Positions 8,540 to 16,143 of a stretch of DNA of 24,000 bases are shown one piece after another (position 1 is the stretch's first letter; the number at the start of each line of letters is the position of its first letter). A program made the position numbers and the translations under genes. Below the pieces are notes generated by a model. It was not told the origin of the DNA. It saw only the letters and a list, made by a program, of their open reading frames with translations, and searched no databases. Source of the DNA: an uncultured cyanobacterium (lineage in GTDB: Bacteria > Cyanobacteriota > Cyanobacteriia > Cyanobacteriales > Cyanobacteriaceae); the NCBI GenBank assembly GCA_963710605.1, contig CAVQBA010000005.1, positions 277,963-301,962 on the forward strand, given 5' to 3'.

Positions 8540-9718
8540 ATGGAAAACGAGCAAATTAAGGAAGGTTATAAGTTGACGGAAGTTGGGGTTATTCCTGATG
8601 ATTGGGAAGTAAAAAAAATAGGTGATGTTTGCGGTTTTATTGTACCGGGAAGAAATAAACCCAAAATTTTTAATGGTAATATTCCTTGGATTACAACTCC
8701 TGATATAAAAGATGGAAAAATTGTTAACTCTTCAAAATCTTTACTCCAAATATCTTTAGATGAAGCTTATTCAATTGGCTCTAAAATTATTCCAAAAGGT
8801 TCTGTACTTATGTCATGTGCTGGAGAACTAGGAATAACAGCGATTACAGGTTGTGAAATTGTTATTAATCAACAACTTCATGCTTTTATACCTTCAAAGT
8901 TAATCAATAAATTTTTTTTAGCATATATGATTAAAAATCAGCAAAAATATATTGACACTGTTGCCACCAAAACAGCAGTACCTTATTTGAATAAAGATAG
9001 TTGAAATTCTATTCCAATACCATTACCCCCAATCGATGAACAAGAGAAAATAGCAGAAGTATTGACAGATATAGACGAATTAATTGAAGGGTTAGAAAAA
9101 CTTATTAATAAAAAACGCCTCATCAAACAGGGTGCAATGCAAGAACTTTTTGGACAATGGAGAAGAGAGAATACTTCGGCATCGCTCAGTATAAATGGAG
9201 AATGGAGAATTGAAAGATTAGGAGATATTCTAAAAATCGGACATGGAAAAAGTCAGCACGATGTTGTTGATAATTTTGGAAAATATCCAATTCTTGGTTC
9301 GGGTGGTCAAATTGGTAAATCTAATAGTTTTCTCTATGACAAACCATCTGTATTGATTGGTAGAAAAGGAACTATTGATAAACCCCAATATATTGATAAA
9401 CCTTTTTGGACAATTGATACGCTTTTTTATTCAAAAATAAATGAAAATTATGAACCAAAGTATATCTTTTATCGATTTTGTTTAATTGATTGGAAACAAT
9501 ATAATGAAGCATCAGGAGTGCCTAGTTTGAGTGCTAGAACAATTGAAAATATTGAAATACCATTACCACCAACAAAAGAAGAACAAAAAGCGATCGCATC
9601 TATCTTAACCGATATGGACAACGAGATAGAGATGTTAGAGAAAAAATTAGAGAAAACCAAACAGATAAAACAGGGGATGATGGCAGAATTACTAACAGGA
9701 AAGATTAGATTAATTTAG
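8540..9718 (+). pseudogene. hsdS: Type I R-M specificity subunit HsdS, interrupted by one in-frame TGA at 9002-9004
   Basis: There are two target-recognition regions, each followed by the conserved IP(L/I)PP..EQ..IA..L coiled-coil repeat. The two repeats are IPLPPIDEQEKIAEVLTDIDELIEGLEKL and IPLPPTKEEQKAIASILTDMDNEIEMLEKK. ORFs 8525-9004 and 9062-9718 share one frame, with only the TGA between them. ATG 8540 is a more likely start than GTG 8525. Confidence 0.85.
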
Positions 9719-9761
9719 AATTGGGGCAACCTAATAAAAATCGATCTTTTTCATTGACTTT

Positions 9762-12700
9762 ATGAATACTGTTAAACCAGAGCGAAATACCCAAAACCGA
9801 GTTATCAAGTTATTTACCGAAGAATTAGGTTATCAATATTTGGGTAACTGGCAATATCGAGCTAATAACAGTAACATCGAAGTTGAATATCTAACTAAAT
9901 ATCTGAGAAATGCTAATTATAGCCACGATCAAATTAGCCGAAGTATTGATATTTTAACTAAGACAGCTAATAAAATCGATCGAACTCTCTACCAAAACAA
10001 CAAAGCTATCTATCAACTTTTGCGTTATGGTATTCAAATCAAAACCGAGATTGCTAAAAATACCGAAACCATTCACCTAATTAACTGGGAAACACCAGCC
10101 AAAAATCATTGGGGTATTGCCGAAGAAGTTACTTTAAAAGGAAAAAAACAAAGAAGACCAGATTTAGTATTATATTTAAACGGTATCGCCATCGGTGTTA
10201 TCGAACTCAAAAAAAGTACTGTCAGCATCTCTGAAGGTATTCGTCAAAATATCTCTAACCAGAAAAAAGAATACAATCAATGGTTTTTTAGTACTGTCCA
10301 AATTTTAATAGCTGGTAATACCTCAGTCGGTTTAAAATATGGTACTATCTCCTCTTCAGAAAAATATTACCTTTCATGGAAAGAAGACATCGAAGATAAC
10401 AGTCGCAACAAACTAGATAAATATCTACTCAAACTATGCAACAACGATCGTTTACTAGAACTAATTCATGACTTTGTTTTATATGACGGCGGCATTAAAA
10501 AATTACCCAGATTCCATCAATATTTTGCAATTCAATCAGCCCAACAAAAAATAGAAGAAAAGCAAGGGGGCATAATTTGGCATACCCAAGGCAGTGGTAA
10601 AAGTATCGTCATGGTGTTATTAGCTAAATGGATATTAGAAAACAAACACCAAGGTAGAATTGTCATCGTAACCGATCGAGATGAATTAGACAAACAAATA
10701 GAAAGTATATTCAAAGATACAGGTGAAGACATCCATCGCAGTGATAGCGGTAAAGACTTAATTAACCAACTATCCCAAGCTACACCCCGCTTATTATGTT
10801 CTTTGGTACACAAATTTGGCAAAAAAAATATTAATGATTTCGATCGATTTATTCAAGACTTAGAAGCACAACCTAGCCCCGCCGTCGGTGAGATTTATGT
10901 TTTTGTCGATGAATGCCACCGTACCCAAAGCGGAAGATTACACCGCATGATGAAAGCGATTTTGCCAAATGCCATTTTCATCGGTTTTACTGGTACGCCG
11001 TTGTTAAAAAAAGATAAACAAACTAGTAAGGAAGTTTTTGGGGGCTATATCCATACTTATAAATTTAGTGAAGCAGTAGAAGACGAAATAGTACTTGATT
11101 TGGTTTATGAAGCTAGAGACATCGAACAAAATTTAAGCTCACCTGAAAGGGTAGATAAATGGTTTGAGGCGAAAACAAAAGGATTGAATGACTGGCAAAA
11201 AGCCCAGTTAAAGAAAAAATGGGGTACGATGCAAAACGTACTCAGCTCGAAATCTCGGATGAATCAGGTTGTTAATGATATTGTCTTTGATTTTAATGTT
11301 AAACCTCGGCTTAATGATGGCAGAGGTACGGCTATTTTGGTTACTTCTAGTATTTACGAGGCTTGTAAATATTATCAGCTTTTTCAACAGACGGAGTTAA
11401 AAGATAAATATGCGGTGGTTACTTCTTATAATCCTCAAAGTACTAATCTTAGCAACGAAGACACTGGGGCAAATTCGGAAACTGATAAACAATTAATTTA
11501 TCATACTTATCAACAAATTCTCAAAAATATTACTTCTCACTCTGGTAAAACCAAAACAGAAACTTACGAAGATATAGTTAAAAAGAAGTTTCAAAACGAA
11601 CCTGCAAATATGAAACTACTAATTGTAGTTGATAAATTACTAACAGGTTTTGATGCTCCTAGTTGTACTTATATCTATCTTGATAAGTCTATGCAAGATC
11701 ATGGTTTATTTCAAGCTATTTGTCGTACTAATCGTCTTGATGGTGAAGATAAAATTTTTGGTTATATTATCGACTATAAAGATTTGTTTAAAAAGGTAGA
11801 AAAGGCAATTTCAGTTTATACTTCTGAGTTAGATGATGGAGATAATGATATTGATCCTCAAATTATACTTCACGATCGTTTTAGTAAAGGTAAAGAGTCT
11901 TTAGATAATGCTTTAGAGGCGATTTTTCTTCTTTGCGAAGCTGTCAAACCTCCTCAAAGTGAAGTTGAGTATATCCATTATTTTTGTGGCAATACAGAAA
12001 TACCAGCGGATTTACAAGAGCGTGAATATCGTCGGCTTAATCTTTATAGTAAAATAGCTTCTTTGATTCGTGCTTATACTAATATTATTGATGGATTAGA
12101 TCAAGCAGGTTATAGTCAAGCAAAAATAACAGAGATTAAAGCCACTGTGAAAAACTATAGTGATATAAGGGATGTAATTCGTCATGCCAGTGGAGAAACT
12201 TTAGATTTAAAAGCTTACGAGGCGGATATGCGTCATTTAATCGATACTTATATTGAGGCTGAAACTCCTCGTAAAATATCGGCTTTTGATAATCTCTCTC
12301 TGGTTGATTTGATTGTTAAATCGGGTTTGAATGAAGCGGTTAATCAACTTCCTGAAGGAATTAAAAAAAATAAAAAAAGCGTCGCCGAAACGATCGAGAA
12401 TAATATCCGTCGTATTATTGTCCAACAACAACTTAACGATCCTGCTTATTACGATAAGATGTCTAATTTGCTTAATGAATTGATTGCAACCAGAACACAA
12501 AATGCGATCGAATATGCAGACCTATTAAAACATTATGCACAACTAGCACAAAAAGTCAAGCAAGGGAAAGATGACAATACACCTTCAGAATTAGATACTC
12601 TGGCTAAATTAGCTATTTATAACAATCTACAACCATTACAAACTTCTAAGCCTTCCAAGGCAAAAAATAGAGTAAAAGAGCCTTCAGTAACCTATCAGGT

Positions 12701-12794
12701 AGGTAAGAAACAAGATTCACAAATAACCCTAGCCTTAAAAATCGATCGGGCAGTAAAACGGGTAAAACCAGCAGATTGGCGTGGAGAAAAATGA
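9762..12794 (+). CDS. hsdR: Type I restriction enzyme R subunit HsdR (helicase/nuclease), ending prematurely relative to its conserved tail
   Basis: The PD-(D/E)xK-like motif is RPDLVLYLNGIAIGVIELKK. Helicase motif I is HTQGSGKS, motif II is FVDECHR, and motif VI is QAICRTNR. The N-terminus has NTQNRVIKLFTEELGYQYLGNW. Confidence 0.92.
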   Translation: MNTVKPERNTQNRVIKLFTEELGYQYLGNWQYRANNSNIEVEYLTKYLRNANYSHDQISRSIDILTKTANKIDRTLYQNNKAIYQLLRYGIQIKTEIAKNTETIHLINWETPAKNHWGIAEEVTLKGKKQRRPDLVLYLNGIAIGVIELKKSTVSISEGIRQNISNQKKEYNQWFFSTVQILIAGNTSVGLKYGTISSSEKYYLSWKEDIEDNSRNKLDKYLLKLCNNDRLLELIHDFVLYDGGIKKLPRFHQYFAIQSAQQKIEEKQGGIIWHTQGSGKSIVMVLLAKWILENKHQGRIVIVTDRDELDKQIESIFKDTGEDIHRSDSGKDLINQLSQATPRLLCSLVHKFGKKNINDFDRFIQDLEAQPSPAVGEIYVFVDECHRTQSGRLHRMMKAILPNAIFIGFTGTPLLKKDKQTSKEVFGGYIHTYKFSEAVEDEIVLDLVYEARDIEQNLSSPERVDKWFEAKTKGLNDWQKAQLKKKWGTMQNVLSSKSRMNQVVNDIVFDFNVKPRLNDGRGTAILVTSSIYEACKYYQLFQQTELKDKYAVVTSYNPQSTNLSNEDTGANSETDKQLIYHTYQQILKNITSHSGKTKTETYEDIVKKKFQNEPANMKLLIVVDKLLTGFDAPSCTYIYLDKSMQDHGLFQAICRTNRLDGEDKIFGYIIDYKDLFKKVEKAISVYTSELDDGDNDIDPQIILHDRFSKGKESLDNALEAIFLLCEAVKPPQSEVEYIHYFCGNTEIPADLQEREYRRLNLYSKIASLIRAYTNIIDGLDQAGYSQAKITEIKATVKNYSDIRDVIRHASGETLDLKAYEADMRHLIDTYIEAETPRKISAFDNLSLVDLIVKSGLNEAVNQLPEGIKKNKKSVAETIENNIRRIIVQQQLNDPAYYDKMSNLLNELIATRTQNAIEYADLLKHYAQLAQKVKQGKDDNTPSELDTLAKLAIYNNLQPLQTSKPSKAKNRVKEPSVTYQVGKKQDSQITLALKIDRAVKRVKPADWRGEK

Positions 12795-12892
12795 AGGAAA
12801 ATATTATTAAGGGAGAATTATTTAAAATATTAGGGGATATAAACGAGGTAGAAAAAATATTTTTGATTATTAAACAGCAAGAGGAGTATTAG
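12791..12892 (+). pseudogene. hsdR: Detached C-terminal tail of HsdR (33 codons in the -1 frame, ATGA overlap with the hsdR stop)
   Basis: The translation MKENIIKGELFKILGDINEVEKIFLIIKQQEEY continues the ...ADWRG.. motif in the way I recall HsdR (DUF3387-type) C-termini end (...WRGn..Ke..ik.al..il.d...ve.if.iik.q.eY). One extra A in the A5 run at 12787-12791 would fuse the two frames. Confidence 0.65.
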
Positions 12893-12913
12893 TTTAAAAC
12901 TTTAAAAAAGATT

Positions 12914-12945
12914 GATCCCCCTAAATCCCCCTTAATAAGGTGGAC
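12914..12945 (-). repeat. 32-nt dispersed hairpin repeat, copy B (inverted relative to copy A)
   Basis: The sequence is gatccccctaaatcccccttaataaggtggac. Its reverse complement, gtccaccttattaagggggatttagggggatc, matches 8478-8509. Confidence 0.8.
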
Positions 12946-13006
12946 TTCCAAGCTTCTTCTTATTGATGATGATTTTAGTTCAATTTATTGAACGAATAAC
13001 TGTTAG

Positions 13007-13028
13007 CCTTGAATGATCGAATTCAAGG
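13007..13028. repeat. 8-bp perfect hairpin ccttgaat-gatcga-attcaagg downstream of hsdR
   Basis: The hairpin is read directly from the sequence. No T run follows it on either strand, so I do not call it a terminator. Confidence 0.5.
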
Positions 13029-13060
13029 TGAGTTAAATACTCAAATTTTTACGATGATAA

Positions 13061-13108
13061 CCCTTCCCCTTCGATCGCTCTAAATCCGCCTTAGTAAGTG
13101 GGGCAGGG
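13061..13108 (-). repeat. Degenerate additional copy of the same repeat family
   Basis: The sequence is cccttccccttcgatcgctctaaatccgccttagtaagtggggcaggg. Its core ctaaatccgccttagtaagtgg aligns with ctaaatcccccttaataaggtgg of copy B in the same orientation. Confidence 0.55.
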
Positions 13109-13145
13109 AATTTGTGAATTAATATAGTTTAAAACGTAGATAAAA

Positions 13146-13850
13146 ATGGAAACATTGACAATCTCTAATATAGTCATAAATATTGAGAGAAAAAAAATAA
13201 AGAATATGTATCTCAAAGTACGCCCACCTCAGGGAAAAGTTTTAATTTCTGCTCCGAAAAAGACTAAGATTGAAACTATCAGGATGTTTGCGATCGATAA
13301 ATTAACTTGGATTAAAAAGCAACAAAAAAAATTCGATTCCCAAGTAAGAGAAACTCCTCGTGAATATATAGAAAGAGAAAGTCATTATCTTTGGGGAGAG
13401 CGTTATTTACTAAAAATTGTGGAATCAAATCAACACCCTCAAATCACCCTCAACCATAAAAATATATTATTACAAATACCTCCTCAATACGATCGTCTTC
13501 AAAAACAAAAAATGATGAATCGATGGTATAGAGAGCAACTCAAACAAGCTATTCCTTCTTTAATCGAAAAATGGCAACCAATGATGAAGGTAAAAGTCAA
13601 CAAGTTTTTTGTCCAACAAATGAAAACTAAATGGGGTAGTTGTAATGTAACCCAAGGTAATATACGCCTCAATACCGAATTAGCTAAAAAACCAAGAGTG
13701 TGTTTAGAATATATAGTAGTTCACGAAATGAATCATTTACTAGTACCCAATCACGGTCAAAAATTTATTGATTTGATGGATTACTTTCTGCCTCAATGGC
13801 GGGAATATCAACAAATTCTCAATAGTTTACCGATTAGCGATTTTAACTGA
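13146..13850 (+). CDS. DUF45/COG1451 (YgjP-like, M48-type) HExxH metal-dependent hydrolase
   Basis: 234-aa ORF with KTKWGSCN followed by the zinc motif VVHEMNHL (HExxH) and NHGQKFIDLM. This layout is typical of the YgjP/DUF45 family. It lies on the same strand immediately after hsdR. Confidence 0.8.
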   Translation: METLTISNIVINIERKKIKNMYLKVRPPQGKVLISAPKKTKIETIRMFAIDKLTWIKKQQKKFDSQVRETPREYIERESHYLWGERYLLKIVESNQHPQITLNHKNILLQIPPQYDRLQKQKMMNRWYREQLKQAIPSLIEKWQPMMKVKVNKFFVQQMKTKWGSCNVTQGNIRLNTELAKKPRVCLEYIVVHEMNHLLVPNHGQKFIDLMDYFLPQWREYQQILNSLPISDFN

Positions 13851-14029
13851 ATAACAGATACTCGGTTAGGTTATTAATAATTTACTAGCAAAATCAACTT
13901 CTAAATGAGGATAACAGTTTATATTTTATTAATAATTACCCGATTGATTTCTAAACAGATATGTTTTTCAATTACAATGTGACAAAGAAAATAATCAATC
14001 AATATTAACTAAATAATTTTTCAATTATT

Positions 14030-15466
14030 ATGGTTTCAATCCAGAAAAATAGTCGTCAAGAGTTAGATATTAGTTTTGTTCCCGCTATCATAACAGCAAT
14101 CATTTTAACAGCGATCGTTTATTTAGCGGCTTTACCTTTTCGAGATTCATACATCGGCAACTTACTCTTCAATCGAGGTCTGATTCAATACTTTACTATC
14201 TTTACTTCTTGTTTGGTTGCGGCTATTACAATTAGTAAATACATTAGAATTAATCAAGAAAAAAAGGTTTTAGATAAACTAGGTACACCAGAAAATATCG
14301 ATTTTGAAAACCATAAATCAATTCAATTAGCCAATTTGCGAGAAGATTTCGCTCGTAACTCAACAATGGTTACAAATAGATTAGCCAGAGTCTTTACTGC
14401 TTATATAGAGTCAGGTAGTCGTAAGTCTGTAACTGAATTCGCATTAGATGATTCTTCTTTTTATCTCAGCTCATCCGAATCCTCTTATGCTTTGCCTCGT
14501 ATCTTAGTTTGGGCAATTCCTTTGTTAGGGTTTATTGGTACTGTAATCGGTATTAGTAGTGCGGTAAGTGGTTTTACTAGTTTTTTAGAAAATACTGCCG
14601 AAATTGATCAAATCAAAGAGGGAATTGGTACTGTTACTGGTGGATTGGCTGTTGCTTTTGATACCACTTTGTTGGCATTGTTATTAAGTGTAGTAGTGAT
14701 GATTCCTTTGGTTTTAGTCGAGAAAATGGAATCACGAGTATTATTAGCAACTGATATTTATATCAACGATAATATCTTACCTCGATTAGCAGACAATTCA
14801 ACCGATTCCAAACCTGTTTTAAATTCTCAAGAAATAATTAGTACGATTACGCAAACGATCGCTCAAAGCCTACCACAAAAAGAAGAATTAATTCAACCGA
14901 TAAGAGATGCTTTACCGACACCTGAGCAATTAATCGCCCCAGCGGAGGTTTATGCTAAAGAAGCGGCTAAAAATTTGGTGGCTGAATTTATTAGTGAGTT
15001 TAGTAAAATTCATCAGCAAGAGGAAGAGTTAATTAATAATATGAAAGAGATTAACCAAGTCATTTTAAAAGATAGAGATAGTTTTGTCGCTACTTTTGGG
15101 CAACAACACGATTTCAATCAGTCAATCATCCTCAATGTTAAAGAATTAGTTGATTTGGTTAAAGATAATAATCAAGAAAATCAAGAAAATTTTACTCAAG
15201 CAAGTACAGCAATAACTACTCAATTGGCTAAAGCGGCTAGTAGTTTGGAAGAAAAAGTAATTTCGTTAGAAAAATCTAGTAGTCAAATTGCTCAACTAAA
15301 TCAACTCACTTCTCATTTAGAAAAGATAGTAACGGTGTTAAATTCTGTTGATAAAATGCAGGATAATTTATCTGGGATAAAAGAAAAGATAGCTTTATTA
15401 GAACCAACTTTGAAAGATTTAAGCAAACCTAGAGTTGTTCGTTTAGTAGAGCAAATTGAACCCTAA
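14030..15466 (+). CDS. MotA/TolQ/ExbB-family proton-channel protein with ~230-aa hydrophilic, probably coiled-coil, C-terminal extension
   Basis: Four hydrophobic segments are present. The channel core PLLGFIGTVIGISSAV...GIGTVTGGLAVAFDTTLLALLLSVVVMIPLV matches the ExbB/MotA signature (LLGTV.G ... G...AL.TT..GL...IP). The C-terminal half is rich in E, K, Q and L with a heptad-like character. Confidence 0.8.
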   Translation: MVSIQKNSRQELDISFVPAIITAIILTAIVYLAALPFRDSYIGNLLFNRGLIQYFTIFTSCLVAAITISKYIRINQEKKVLDKLGTPENIDFENHKSIQLANLREDFARNSTMVTNRLARVFTAYIESGSRKSVTEFALDDSSFYLSSSESSYALPRILVWAIPLLGFIGTVIGISSAVSGFTSFLENTAEIDQIKEGIGTVTGGLAVAFDTTLLALLLSVVVMIPLVLVEKMESRVLLATDIYINDNILPRLADNSTDSKPVLNSQEIISTITQTIAQSLPQKEELIQPIRDALPTPEQLIAPAEVYAKEAAKNLVAEFISEFSKIHQQEEELINNMKEINQVILKDRDSFVATFGQQHDFNQSIILNVKELVDLVKDNNQENQENFTQASTAITTQLAKAASSLEEKVISLEKSSSQIAQLNQLTSHLEKIVTVLNSVDKMQDNLSGIKEKIALLEPTLKDLSKPRVVRLVEQIEP

Positions 15467-15528
15467 TTGTCAAATCAACGTGATATCACAAAAAACTTAC
15501 TTATTTATCAATTATCAATTAAAACCTT

Positions 15529-15984
15529 ATGCGTAGGCAAATACGATCGTCAAATAAAGTAGAATTAGAATTGTTTCCTTTTCTGTCAGTATTAGCTTGT
15601 ACGATCGGTAGTCTGATTTTACTGATTATTGTGGTTAGTACTCAGACTTTAGATAGTAACCCAGAAGTAACGATCGTCGCTAAAACTGAAAATGGTATTA
15701 ATCAAGGTAAACAACCTCGTTATATTGAATGTAAAGCTGATGGTGTGGTTATTTATCCAAGTCAAGAATTTATCCCCGCTGATCAATTAGAAGGAAGAAA
15801 TTCTCCTTTAGCCACATTCATTAATGAGGTCAAAGCTAATCGTGATCAAGAATATGTTATCGTAGCACTTAGACCAGACGGGATTGAAGTATTTCAAAAA
15901 GTAAGAGATTTGATTGAACAAGAAAAAATTGATATTGGTTATGAACCGATCGAGGAAGGTTGGACATTAAAAATAATTGAGTAA
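15529..15984 (+). CDS. ExbD/TolR-like single-pass membrane protein (paralogue 1; Ser in place of the conserved TM Asp)
   Basis: The basic N-terminus is followed by the TM segment ELELFPFLSVLACTIGSLILLIIVV, which aligns to the ExbD (i-n-v-t-P-f-i-D-v-m-l-v-L-L) segment with S at the Asp position. The C-terminal YVIVALRPDGIEVFQKVRDLIEQEKIDIGYEP resembles the ExbD periplasmic domain. Confidence 0.6.
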   Translation: MRRQIRSSNKVELELFPFLSVLACTIGSLILLIIVVSTQTLDSNPEVTIVAKTENGINQGKQPRYIECKADGVVIYPSQEFIPADQLEGRNSPLATFINEVKANRDQEYVIVALRPDGIEVFQKVRDLIEQEKIDIGYEPIEEGWTLKIIE

Positions 15985-16143
15985 GCAATTTTAATTAGCC
16001 TGAAAGTTTGTAGTTATATTAAAGTATTAATTAGCTATAAAAACAAATTCAGTATCAACTTTATTTAGTCTTAATTTTGCGATACATAATAATTAAAATC
16101 TAACTAAAAAAATTTAGTATTTATAATATTTAATTTAAAAAAT

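Noticed and set aside
7294-9004. TGA recoding (selenocysteine, or TGA=Trp genetic code) as the explanation for the in-frame TGAs in hsdM and hsdS.
   Set aside because: I see no stem-loop of SECIS type immediately 3' of either TGA. The expected residues at these alignment positions are not Cys or Sec-like. TGA serves as the genuine terminator of the M48 gene at 13848-13850. Cyanobacteria use the standard code. Low-level readthrough remains possible and is listed as a finding, but not code reassignment.
8365-13145. A CRISPR array, given the repeated G/C-rich hairpin units.
   Set aside because: The copies are few and in mixed orientation. They are not regularly spaced by unique spacers of constant length, and no cas genes are present. 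They fit a dispersed REP/MITE-like family instead.
12893-14029. A direct repeat of the tRNA-Leu 3' end (gttcaagtctctccgtccgta) marking an att site at the far end of the R-M block.
   Set aside because: I scanned the distal spacers (12893-13145 and 13851-14029) by eye and found no match of useful length. There is also no integrase gene anywhere in the window.
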